This document shows positions 11,003 to 23,408 of a DNA stretch of 64,000 nucleotides, piece by piece. The notes beneath the pieces are model-generated. The model was not told where the DNA came from and made no database searches. It was given only the letters and a program-made list of their open reading frames with translations. The stretch comes from Utricularia gibba (taxonomy: Eukaryota > Plantae > Magnoliophyta): assembly GCA_002189035.1 (NCBI GenBank), contig NEEC01000016.1, positions 806,001 to 870,000 on the forward strand, written 5' to 3'. A program made the position numbers and the translations under genes. Position 1 is the stretch's first letter. Each line of letters starts with the position of its first letter.

Positions 11003-13908
11003 ATGGCTGCTGCCCTCCGCCTCCGCCGCCGCCTCGCCGTGCTTCTTTGTTTACTTCTTGCCTGCGCCGCCGATGACTCTGCTGTCATGTTGAGGCTTCT
11101 CTCCTCCATTTCCCCGGCGCCGTCTGGGTGGTCTTCCTCCACTCCGTTCTGCACCTGGGCCAGTGTCCATTGCGATTCCACGTCTTCCTTTGTTACGGGT
11201 ATTGATCTCAACTCTGCAGGGGTTTCTGGATCTCTGCCGCCGGAGCTGACACAGCTTTCCCAGCTCAGGACGCTTACTCTTCAGAGAAACTCGCTTACGG
11301 GGGCATTGCCCTCTTTTCAGAATATGACTTCTCTCGAGTCAATTTATCTTGACAAAAATGGGTTTACGTCTGTGCCGAATGGGTTTCTCACGGGACTCAC
11401 CAATCTTCAGGTTTTCAGCATCAGCGAAAACACTGATTTGGCACCATGGGTGATCCCAGCGGAGTTGAGTTCAAGTACGAACCTTGTAACATTCTATGCC
11501 AGCAATGCGTCCATCACGGGGAGTATCCCCGACATCTTCGGGTCCTTCCCCAATTTGCAGAACTTGAGGTTATCCTACAACAATTTAACCGGATCTTTGC
11601 CGGGATCCTTTTCCGGGTCTGAGATTCAGAACCTTTGGCTCAATAATCAGAGACAAGGTTTATCTGGTGTCATTGATGTATTAGCTAATATGACACAGTT
11701 GAATCAGGTTTGGCTACAAGCTAATGCATTTTCTGGTGGGATTCCTGATCTATCCAGATGTGCGAATTTGTTTGATTTGCAGTTGAGGGATAACAGGTTT
11801 ACGGGTGTGCTGCCTCCTTCTTTAACCACGTTGCCAAATCTAGCTAATATCAGTCTGCAGAATAATGTATTGCAGGGACCAGTGCCTCAATTCCCTAATA
11901 GAGTTCGTGTCACTATTGGAACTACGAATAGCTTTTGCTTAAGTGCACCTGGACCCTGTGATCCACAAGTTAGTACACTTCTCGAAGTTGCTGCAGCTCT
12001 GGGTTATCCTATGTCGCTTGCTGAATCCTGGCAGGGTAATAATCCTTGCCAAAACTGGAGATTTATCACCTGTGATTCTCAAGGGAGGAACGTTGTTATA
12101 GTGAACATGGGGAAGCAGGGGTTTTCTGGAAGCATCTCGGCTGCATTTGCCAACCTGACTTCTTTGAGAAGTCTGGTGCTAAGTGATAATAATCTTACAG
12201 GGTCAATTCCTGCTGCCTTGAGCTCTTTGCCTCAGCTGCAGACTTTTGATGTGTCTAACAATAATCTCTCTGGACCAATTCCTGTTTTTTCCTCTGGAGT
12301 AAAGTTTTCATCTGCTGGTAATTTACTGCTCGGTCAGAATGGTGATAGTAGTGGTGGTGGAAGCAGTGGGGGATCTGGATCAAGTAATCTTTCTCCAAGC
12401 GGCACGTCCTCCAGACGCAATTCAGGTGCCATAATTGGTGGGGTGGTTGTGGGTGTGCTGGTGCTAGTAGGTGCTGTTCTCTGTGTTACTTTTAAGGTTT
12501 TTTCCAAGAGACGGCTTAAAGCGGTCAGTTCTGAGCAAGGGGTTGCGTTAGTGAAGTCCAATGGAACAAATGGCGTCACTGGTGACTTGGAAAGTCAATG
12601 CAGTGGTGATCATGGAGAACAGCTCTCTATTCTGGATGGAGGATCGGGAAAAGTTATCATCTCTATCCAAGTCCTTAGGCAAGTAACCAACAATTTCAGT
12701 GAAGAAAATATATTGGGAAGGGGAGGATTTGGTGTTGTTTACAAAGGAGAGTTGCAGGATGGGACAAAAATTGCAGTAAAGAGAATGGAATCCAGTGTAG
12801 TGAGTACAAAAGGGATCAATGAATTCCAAGCTGAAATTGCTGTTCTTTCCAAGGTTAGGCACAGACATTTGGTCGCCCTTCTGGGGTACTGCGTCAATGG
12901 GAATGAGAGACTTCTGGTTTACGAGTACATGCCTAGAGGAACGCTAGGACAGCATTTGTTCGAGTGGCCAGAACATGGATATCAACCTCTTACATGGAAA
13001 CAACGTGTCACAATAGCATTGGATGTTGCTAGAGGAGTTGAGTACCTTCATAGCTTAGCCCAACAGAGTTTCATTCACAGAGACTTGAAGCCCTCAAACA
13101 TACTCCTCACTGATGACATGCGAGCTAAGGTAGCAGACTTTGGATTGGTGAAGAATGCACCAGATGGAAAATATTCCGTTGAGACAAGGTTGGCTGGGAC
13201 CTTTGGATATCTTGCTCCGGAATATGCTGGTATTGCATTGAGCCCTCTTTATTTACTAGTTTAGCTTCTGGTTTCGTTATCCTTTTGAAAAATCTTGCTG
13301 TTGACAAGCTCAACTATGGCATGCCAGTTTTCCCTTTTTCAGTTCAGGAGCTCACTCTTTTTCTTTTGTTTGAAATGTAACCACTATCAGCAACTGGAAG
13401 GGTGACTACAAAGATTGATGTCTACGCATTTGGAGTAGTTCTAATGGAGCTGATCACCGGTAAAAAAGCACTGGACGAGAAGATGCCGGACGAGAGGTCT
13501 CACTTGGTGACATGGTTTCGCAGGGTGCTCATCAACAAAGACAGTCTCAAGAAATCGTTGGACCAAACTCTCGACCTGGATGATGATGAGACATACAAGA
13601 GCATCTGCACGGTGGCAGAATTGGCTGGACACTGCACAGCTCGAGAGCCATTCCAGAGACCTGATATGGGACATGCCGTCAACATACTGGGCCCTCTAGT
13701 TGAGCAGTGGAAGCCATCCAGGTCCGAAGAAGAAGAGCCTTCCAGCAGTAACCGCCATTTGAGTCTTCCTGAAGTTCTCCAACAATGGCAGGCGAATGAG
13801 GGTACTTCACGGATGTTCGATGACATTTCATACTCAACAACACAGTCTAGTATCCCGTCGAAGCCCGGTGGCTTTGCCGACACGTTCAATTCTCAGGACT
13901 GCCGATGA
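11003..13908 (+). CDS. TMK4: Transmembrane LRR receptor-like kinase, TMK family (LRR-IX), TMK4-like
   Basis: Exons 11003-13229 and 13391-13908. Signal peptide, split LRR ectodomain with Cys pairs, transmembrane helix, kinase motifs GRGGFGVVYKG, IAVKR, HRDLKPSN, DFG, GTFGYLAPEY. The C-terminus SYSTTQSSIP..GFADTFNSQDCR is TMK4-like. The start could instead be ATG 10964. Confidence 0.92.
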
Positions 13909-14941
13909 TGGTGCCATTGTCTTCCACACCGGCTCATTTCCTCCTTCCTCAAGCTTTCTTATATTGACTCAATGAGGGACCATCGCAGGGCAACTGAACT
14001 TCTTGTTCTGTTAACACAACCTGCTTGCCAGGATGCGTTACTCATTTTTTTTTTCCTTCAAGAAGCGATGGCTTTTTGAATAATTTATTGCTTATTGCTC
14101 AAATCATTGTAGATTCTTGTGATAATGAAATTATTGTGTAGGGTAGGGGGGGAAGAGTGTGCTGGATCTGTGTTGTTTGGATTTCTATTGTGTACAGATT
14201 TCCTGCTTCAGCTCCATCATTCCAATCTCCAGACAACTCTATCCATTCCAAAAGCCTACCTGTCATAACGTGTACGCAACTAAGCATACTTTCATTTCCC
14301 ATTCTTCCAGATGACAAAGAAGTTAACATCATTCAGAATATGGTCTCTCATGAAAAGAGCAAATTCACACATTATGTCAAAAAAGTTAATGGCATTCCAT
14401 TTCTGATGACAGTTTCTCCTCAGTAGCTACATTGGCTGTTGATGAGCTTGCTTTACTCTCTTACTTGCATCTACACCAGGAGGATTCAAAAAAGCTTTAT
14501 ATGGAGCAGCAAACTATCCCATGATTGTTAATCAAAAGGGGGCCTTAAGAACACCCTATGGGACATTAGTTTACATGTTTCATATTGGAGGGCATTAGGG
14601 AGTTGTGATGATGTGTATGGAGCAAAATGAGAATGATGAGCTATTTTCATTTTAACCGAGCAGTGGACGTACAGATCACCACAGGATAACTACAAAGTCA
14701 CCGAGAATTGGAGACAAATGAACATCATTTGAATTGCAACTGACAGAAATTGTCACATACAAATCTTGCCTTGACATTTGAAACAATTAAGTCCCCTACA
14801 AGTAGTCAAAACCAAACAATAAAACATGAAACCTATTCTCATTTCACAATAATTAATTATTACTCATAATCCAACGCTTTTAGTGTTACATAAAGGTACG
14901 GATACAACTCAGACAATGCTCACACACCAGGATATATTTTC

Positions 14942-15699
14942 CTACTTTTTGTTGCTTTTGTTACTAACAGCATCACCAGCCCCAGCTGCTTTCCTTGCAG
15001 CCTTCTCTTGAAGTGCCTTGGCATCCCTAGTGAAATAGAAAAATCACAATTTGACAATGTATGCAGGAGATGAATACATGGAAAAACCAAAAGAGTCTCC
15101 ATGGTTGTTTGTTTTTTCTTACATCTATGACTTCAGGAATAAAAGACCATAACTTAAACCAAGCGATATATGGGCAACAGCATCAACAATAAAGTTAAGA
15201 GTCACTTGCACGCAACGAAGATCACCTAGAAAAGTTCAGGATAAAAAAATTCCTTTTCCATCAAAACATCCTCATCTTTGACAGCATCATGATACCCACA
15301 ATTTTAATCAACCATCATTCATTGTAGAAAGAACACACAAAACTCAACACAACTGCCAACAGATCATAAAAAAAATCACGAAATCGGAAGACAGAGCAGA
15401 ACTGAAATCCTAGATACTGAAGTCAAACAAACGGGATAAACAAGTAACCTTTCTCGGCGCTGCTCCGGAGTCAAGCCATCATCCTTGGTCTTCCCCTTTC
15501 CACCATTCCGAGCCTGAGCTCTTTCCCTGTCACGCTCCCTTTGATTTCCACGTTAAAAACAGTTAAGAAATCAACAAACAAAAAACTTCCATGGTCGCAG
15601 CAATCACAGTCACAGTCACACACACACATAAAAAAAAACTCGCTGCAAACGGAGAATCAGAAAAACCATATGAATCTGAAAAGAAAGGATATGAGTCAT
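14942..15699 (-). CDS. SERF/4F5 family small protein, 64 aa
   Basis: Exons 15699-15693 (ATGACTC), 15551-15449 and 15026-14942 give MTRGNQRERDRERAQARNGGKGKTKDDGLTPEQRRERDAKALQEKAARKAAGAGDAVSNKSNKK*. Not recovered by the ORF track. Confidence 0.92.
15552..15692 (-). other. U12-type (minor spliceosome) AT-AC intron
   Basis: 5' site /ATATCCTTT, branch TTCTTAAC about 10 nt before the terminal AC/. Removal restores MTRGNQRE. Confidence 0.9.
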
Positions 15700-16454
15700 G
15701 GAGAAAACAATGCCCGCAAGCACCTTCGGAAGATTGAGCTGTTTATTCTGATTCCGATGGTCATAGAAGCTTCTGGATGGGGAGGGGGGGAATATTTGAC
15801 TTTTTTAAATAGAAATAAAAAAAAACAAAATAATTTAATATAGGGCCCCACACCTAATTTGCGGCTGTAATAAGGCTTTCCTCTGCAGCACAAATAAAAA
15901 ATTAAAATAATAAAATATAGGCCCAATTTTTATCACATTTAAAAAATACTAAATTCTTTATTGAATTTCCCATTCGTTTCCTTCTAGTCTTATAAAGAGC
16001 TTTTACTGAATTTTCAATTAAAAATTTAAGTTTAGCCAATATTTTAAAAAATAAAATCAGTTAACTCTTCAATTCAATTATCGTTAAGAACTAAATTACT
16101 TTTTTAATGGATTATATTGATTTACTAATTTTAAATATATATTTATTATCAAATATATAACATTAAAAATAATAATATTAACTAAATTTAAAATTTTTTT
16201 GAAAGAGTTAGGAGCCTTTTTGATAATATGCGCTGATGGATCGCCAGTATGAGTACGCCGGAGGATCTAGCGTACGCAGACGTCCTGCGCTAGAATGCGT
16301 ATGACGAGGCTTGTGAGAAATAATAAATGGTTCCTCACGTACGGCACCTAAGATCCATGCTCCTTTTATGGAAATAGAGATGCAAAAGAAAGGAGAATTG
16401 CTACATAATATGAAAAACCACGCACCCCGAGATTGTGCATCGATTTGGGGGAGC

Positions 16455-17327
16455 TCAAAACTGGCGGGTTGGTCCATTGAAGCTGCTGCGTGGAGCTCTT
16501 TCCTCGGCGAAGCTCACACGAATGTTCCTTCCATTGAGTTGCTGGGAGCAGACAATGAGACGGTTCAGCAAGCTCCAAAGAATGTAACAACACCAGGAAA
16601 CGAGGAGAGTTGAGGAGTTGTATTTAAGGTGTCACCTGTCCATCCATGGCGGAAACAGCTGAGGCTGCAGATTCATCACTTGAGAAATTCACAAATCCAA
16701 ATCCTCTTGATCTTCCAGAATCCCTGTCAGTAATTACCCTTGCTGCAAGAAATTTCACCACTGCTCATATCCCAAAACAAGCCAAGCAATAAGCAGCTCA
16801 ACTGTCTGCAGATTCAACTTCACACACCAAAATCAGCACCTTCATACTTCACCAACAAACATATGAATATTTAAACAGCTCGATCAACAATAGTTGACAT
16901 AGGGGGATTCCCCAATGTAGCAACCTCCACCCTCTTGGTCAACAACCCCCCAATGCAAATAAAAAGAAACAGCCCCAATGTCTCCAGATTCGGTTTCACC
17001 CAGTGTTTCATATCCACTCAACAAAGGAAAAGGAATTGTGCTGGTGACATTAAGAAATGGGTTGAATTACCATCAGCAACGTCACCGAAACAAGCAAAAG
17101 CATCTCTAAGAGACTGGTCATCAGTTCCATAAGATAGCCCTGCAGAATACAAGACCTCAACAATGGTGCTCGAAACACATTCATTATCCATGAGAATCAA
17201 ATTACGGAGACAAACCTCCAACAAACAGCTTTGTGGACATGCAGCGTAGGGTAAACATGGAAGATCCCTTCAGAGCGCAACCAATAGAAAGGCTCTGCTT
17301 CAACACATTCCCAAGTCCGTACACCAT
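16455..17327 (-). CDS. Mitochondrial-type RRM protein, GR-RBP2/4 (ORRM5-like) family, without a Gly-rich tail; 124 aa
   Basis: Exons 17327-17216, 17139-17071, 16742-16636, 16541-16455. [96 protein letters not shown]. RNP2 and RNP1 are present. A 5'UTR intron starts near 17610. Confidence 0.88.
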
Positions 17328-17661
17328 TCTGTAAGTATATGCAGGAAGAAAAAAGGTATTACAAGCCCAACCTCAAACTGACATATAGAAGTGGCATCAA
17401 CCAAACAAGAAACTCCAATAAATCACGAAAACAACACACAGGACGAAATGAAACATCAACAAAAACAGGAATCATCAGAGCAAACATAAAAAAAAATGCA
17501 ATACCCGTAACGTAATCTTTTTTCAAGATCAACACAAGTAAATCAGTCAGAAACAGGAACAGCGTTTCGAAACAAGGATCTCAAGATCTAGTAAAAGGAA
17601 TATCCCGAGGTACCTGCTCTTGCGAAAAAATGGAAAGCAGCTTTTCGCCGTAAGAGATCGC

Positions 17662-17669
17662 TAGGGTTT
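17662..17669 (-). promoter_or_regulatory. Telo-box at the 5' end of the RRM gene
   Basis: AAACCCTA on the minus strand next to the probable transcription start. Confidence 0.45.
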
Positions 17670-17902
17670 ATGATTTTGAAACGTATGATCCCAACACTTG
17701 GAACATATATAGTGCACTAATATAATTTTCTATTTTAATTGTATTTATTATTTTTTAAAATAAAAGTATTTTGTCTAATACTTTTTATATAAATATTTAT
17801 TATATATAAAGAAAAAAGTATTTTAAAATATTTTAAATTTCATATTGCGTTGCTTCGTTCCCGTCTGAAAAAATGCACAACAAGCAGAAGGGCTCCAGAG
17901 AT

Positions 17903-20900
17903 CTAAGAGTCGGCTAATGCGATTAGCTGATCGACGACAGCGGGATCAGCAAGCGTGCTGACGTCCCCAATCTCATCCGTCTGTTTGGAAGCGATTTTCC
18001 GAAGAACTCGCCTCATTATCTTCCCGCTTCTTGTCTTCGGCAAACCAGGAGCCCAGTGGATTCGGTCTGGGGCAGCAAATGCTCCGATCTGCAATCAAAA
18101 GGAGTCAGAGTCTGTAGTCATTCACCATAAGTGCAAGCCTCAGCACTCCAAGCCCTAAGGGATCGATAAATCGGTACCCTGCTTCAAAAACTACCTAAGC
18201 TGCAGTTCATGGTCTGCCTTCATGTACTACTACATTCATAGAGTTGCTAGAAAGTATTACTGCTACTGAAGGTTTCTTGGGTACTATTTTTCAGGTTTCT
18301 TTTCGAACTTACTTAGGACTCTGGTAAGAAAGCAAGCTTGCCTACTTGCTTGAGGAGAAAGAGATAGGCTTCATGGTTTGATGCACATAGGAGTTTGCAA
18401 CTTAGATGAAGTTGGAGGATGGTTATGACAGACTCTCCTCGAAAGTCTCATGAAAAAAGCAGGTGGCCATTTTGAAAGGGCAGTTGAGGTCAGGGTAATG
18501 GATTCTGGTTCAAGTGTCAAGAAATGTAGCTGATCAAATAGATTCATTTCAACAAGAAGAGAAAGCAGACTGGTTGATGTGCCTACCTGTTTTCTCACTG
18601 TCATTATGAGATCTTTCCGCAGGTCATCGCTGTATCTAATGCCATCAACGAGAGTAATGAAGGCATAGATCCCCTGCCCCTTAACCTGATATCAAAGTTG
18701 AAGCATGAATGGAGGAGATACATCTTCCTGGCAATACCAACAACTGAGCCATCATTGCAGATAAGATGGACTGATAATCACCTCATGATCAACGCCAACA
18801 ACAGCAGCTTCAGCACACAGAGGATGTGAAACCAGTGCAGATTCTACTTCTGCAGTGCCAATGCGATGCCCACTGCATGATTCCATCAAATATATTCAAT
18901 ACAGAAGAAAGTGGATGCAGAAAAGAGGATCATGTCTTTTGTTCTTTCAGGTTACCTGACATTAATGACGTCATCAACTCTTCCAGTGAGCCAGTAGTAG
19001 CCATCTTGGTCTCTAATTTGTCAAAAGAAGCATAGATTAAAATACACAGATGGAAAGGGAGATGGAAGGGAGACAGACAATTGAGACTGAAGAAATCTTA
19101 ATCAATTGGATTCCAAAATACAAAACCTGCTGCAACCATCTCCACTGAAATAGTATCCAGGAAATGGATTGAAATATGTTGCTTCATATCTTTCATGATC
19201 CCCGTAGAGTGTTCGAAATGCCCCAGGCCATGAGCTTTTAATACACAAGTATCCATTGCAAGGACCTTCAATTTCATTACCATTCTGATCCACTATAACA
19301 GGCTGTGCCAAATGATGGAAACAACAGTAGATTAACTTGAGATGAGCAACTCTGTTACACGCACATGCATGTTAGGATTCTGCACACAACTTTGCAGGAT
19401 TGCAAATCAACTCAAGTATTCATAACTCATGCAACAATGTATGCATGCTGTTTTAGTACCTGGACACCGAAGAATGGGAAAGTAGCAGAGCCAGGTTTCT
19501 GTGGCCAGGCACCAGGTAAAGGAGTTATCTGCAAGGGAATAAAGATGAATCTTCTAGCAGCATCATTTTCTTTCAGGATCATAAATAAATCAAATCTAAT
19601 TAGCAGAACTACCATGAACCCCCAGTTTCTGTTTGCCACCATGTGTCAGAAATGGGGCATCTTGCATCTCCAACCAGATTGAAAAACCACCTGCATGTAT
19701 GCACATGAAGCTGCTCAAACTGTCATGTACAATAACAAAGAGAAGTAATACAAGTTTGCCAGGGAATTTTAAAAAACCTCCATGCACTTGGATTAATAGG
19801 CTCACCAACGCTACCAAGAACGCGCAAGGATTTCCTTGAGTAACGAGTCACATGCTGCAAAATTAACATGTGAAGAGTATAAGAACATCCACTTCTCATC
19901 AGGAGCAACAGGCATTGCCAAATATGTTATGATGAAGTAAAGATGACTCCTAATGAACGTTGATCGAATCATAAAAAATCATATGTTTAGAGGCATTTTT
20001 TCTCCTCATAAATACCTTGATTTCATGTCTTAATCAACTGAAGGTACAAGACCTGATGACTATATAAGAAAAAGGAGACTACTTATAATGCATCGACATT
20101 CCATTTTTACCTTGTCACACAACAGAGCTATCAACAAAGCACAAGGTAATACAATTGCAGTGATGTTTAATTAAAAGGATCACTTTCTTACCTCAGCTCC
20201 TTCACGCATCAAAGAGCGCACAAGCGTAGGGGCTGTGTAGAATATTGATACATTAAACTTGTCAACTATGTCCCAGCAACGGCCAGGGTTCGGATAGTTC
20301 GGAGCCTGAAATGTTTGCATTGGAAAATGATGAAAGATTGGAACTGCTAGTGCCTATAGATACCCAAAACTAAAAACGACGCAGTCCAAAACGATTGAAA
20401 CACAAGCATCTGTAAATAAAGGATTCTCCTTCAGCAGTAATTCTTATAGCTCTAGAAACCACATATGAAAGTACCCCTTCGAAAATCACAATAGTTGCTC
20501 CATTCAGTAGAGGCCCATAAGTGACATAACTGTGGCCTGTAATCCACCCACAATCAGCTGTACACCTGACGAGTTAAAATAATAAATATTAATGAGAATC
20601 TAGGCGTTTTTTTCACTATTCATGTGTAACAAATTTAGGAAAAAGTTATACCAGTATATATCAGATGGTTTATAATCAAAGGTATATTTGAAAGTTGTAG
20701 CCGTGTACACCATGTATCCTCCAGTTGTATGCAAGACACCCTACCAAATTTTTAAAGTAAGAGATGCACAAATAATTACAATAGTTCCCACATCGCACAT
20801 ACCTTGGGCTTTCCAGTGCTTCCACTGGTATAAAGCAAAAAAAGTGGGTCTTCTGCATCAACCCATTCAACTTCACAACTGGTAGGATACTTGGGAATTA

Positions 20901-23038
20901 TATCCTGGAAAAATAATGGGAGAAAAAAACGGGAATAACTTAGGGTTACTCAAAACTCATTGTATTATCAGAGTTGCAACAGAGAAATGAATAAGAGATG
21001 AGCGCCACCTCAGTTCAGACAGAAAACCCATGTTTCAAGAAAAATAAGTACATATCTTCAATAGAATTATACCACGCATATGATTTTGAAAAAAAAAAAC
21101 AAATATAGAAAAAATGGGGCAAGCCATATGCTGGTCAATGGATGCAATTGAAGGAAACACTGATTCATTGTATGAACAGAAACCTTTGAATCTTTACAAT
21201 TGCCACATGATTCAAAAACTCCTGCTCTCATTAAGGGAAGTCATTTTAGACAACATCTGGCTACTGGAGATTCTCATGAAGGCCAAGAGTTAAGATTGTA
21301 TTATATTATACAACAAAAAATGACTAGCCAAATCACACCCTATTATCTTTATACTAAGATCTTAAAAAGGAACAAAAAAGACTTTCTTTCCTCACAAGAT
21401 CAAACCTAACCTGCCACCAGATATCTCTTCCTTCTGTCCACCTAGTGCTTTCCCTCTTCAAGGCAATTGTATTTTCATAGGTTAAACATGTATCTGTTGA
21501 GCATTACAGAAGAACTTAGACTAAAACTGCAAAGTATCTAATGCAGTGACCCGTAAGTAAAAGAAAACCACGATTAGATTGACAAACATATGATAAATGC
21601 TGATTACCAACGACAAAACAATTCCGTGCGCACTCTTCTAATGCAGCATCAACTATGTCTTTAAGTACAATGGTTTTTGGTCCTCTTTGAACAGCATTGC
21701 AAGTTATGATGATCCTCGGTTTACAATCCAGTATTCTCTGGGTCAGAGATTCAGAAGAGAATCCAGCAAAAACAACCTGAACATGAAAGTACTAACCTTT
21801 CAGCTGAAAAATAATGAAAGGAAGGAAGTTAACAAAGAATTAGCTTCCTACATACCGAGTGAACAGCACCAATCCGAGCACACGCAAGCATTGCTATTGG
21901 TAATTCCATGAGCATTGGAAGGTATATCAATACAGATTCTCCTTTTCGGATTCCAATGTCTTTTAAGTAATTCGATAGCTGCCAGCATGATAGTGAAATA
22001 TAAGCAGTTTGCAAAAAGAGGGGAGTGGGTACGCAGAAAACAGAAAAAAAAAAAAAAAAAAGAAGACCTGGCAAACCCTCTCCAGGAGTTGGTTATATGT
22101 GAGAGAGGCATCAACACCGGGCTCGTTCCCTTCCCAATAAAGGGCAATCTTATTGCCATTTCCGGAAGCAATGACTGCATCCAAGCAGTTGTAGCATATA
22201 TTTGTGATCCCACCCTTGAACCACTGATCGGGAAACGTAATTAGCACCTTGACCAACTAAGAGAAGAAACACGAAGTGGAATTCAACGACAGAACTAGTG
22301 ATTACCTCAATGTTGATCCTTCCCTTCCGAATGTCCAGATTTTCAGAACAGACAGGCTGATCCCATTGCTTTTTCCAGTAAAACCCAGACGCGATATCGG
22401 ACCAAAAACCAGATGGGTCAACAATGGACCTTCTATACATCTCGAGATACTGTCACAAAGCAAGAACGCAAATTTCAGAAGAGTGAAGAACATAAACTTT
22501 GGCATTCACATGAATATGAAACCTTGTCCGTGGAAGGGATATGAGCGTTTGCACAAAGCTTTTTACTGGGAATGACGGCGACATCATCCTCTAACGCCGG
22601 ACCCTCCCCAAGAACTACTGTCTTCGTTTCCAAGACCCGCATAGTGCTCGGAAGCATGGCGGGTATCGACTCAATGCGATGCAATTGATCAGATCCCAAG
22701 TCCACGGAATCACCCATTTTGCAGGATCGTCGAAGAAGATGATTCGTAGGAGAATATGAACGGAAACGGATATTGACCAAATAACCAGAGGCAACGTTGT
22801 TGAGCAGGAGAAGAGAGTTTGACTTTTCTACTGAATTTTTTATTCTGTGAATGCAAAACCAAATCTCATCGTCCCATCTATATCCATAGCTTATTAAACA
22901 AAGCATGTAGAACGGATGTCTGAATCCATGATCAGACAAAAAGCTCCAAGAAACCAACCTGGAAACTTGAATTATCGGGTTAACTGCTGGCGATGCCGTC
23001 GCAGCTGTCGCCGGAGCTCCTTGGCCAACAAGATTCAT
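17903..23038 (-). CDS. ACS: Acetyl-CoA synthetase (plastid-type); start codon uncertain (23218, 23038 or 22717)
   Basis: Many GT-AG exons. [95 protein letters not shown], ending ALADS*. Confidence 0.94.
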
Positions 23039-23408
23039 CCTTTACAGTAAACGATTACGAAGAGATCCCTTGATGGTGAGCATCAACTTTTTTTACCTTT
23101 GCATGATCTCCTATCACCTTATCAACTCCCCAGCCGTTGCAAAGTATCCTATTCCTTCCCAATGTAGATTCCTCGTTGAGATCGCCAGGTTCTCATCATC
23201 CCCAAGAACGCCTTTCATTCAGTGTGCTTAATATGTTTATGAGAAGGCAACAAGATTACGAGGAGGAAGATGAGACTTTGAGAACTCCACGTGTTCAGAA
23301 TGAGAATTTATAATATATATTAAAATCATAGAACCAAAAAACAGTAAAATTACATTTGCTGTCAAGTGAAAGCATGGGTGTTAACACAAGTGTGTTAAGG
23401 CGTCAAAT

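Noticed and set aside
14099-14720. Short ORFs and a possible C/D snoRNA (ATGATGA at 14633) between TMK4 and SERF
   Set aside because: No canonical CTGA D box or terminal stem; the rRNA-like stretch is sense rather than antisense; translations matched nothing I recognise.
20786-20795. TCCCACATCG, matching the plant snRNA USE promoter element
   Set aside because: It lies inside an ACS coding exon (CDVG codons on the minus strand), with no spaced TATA box or snRNA downstream.
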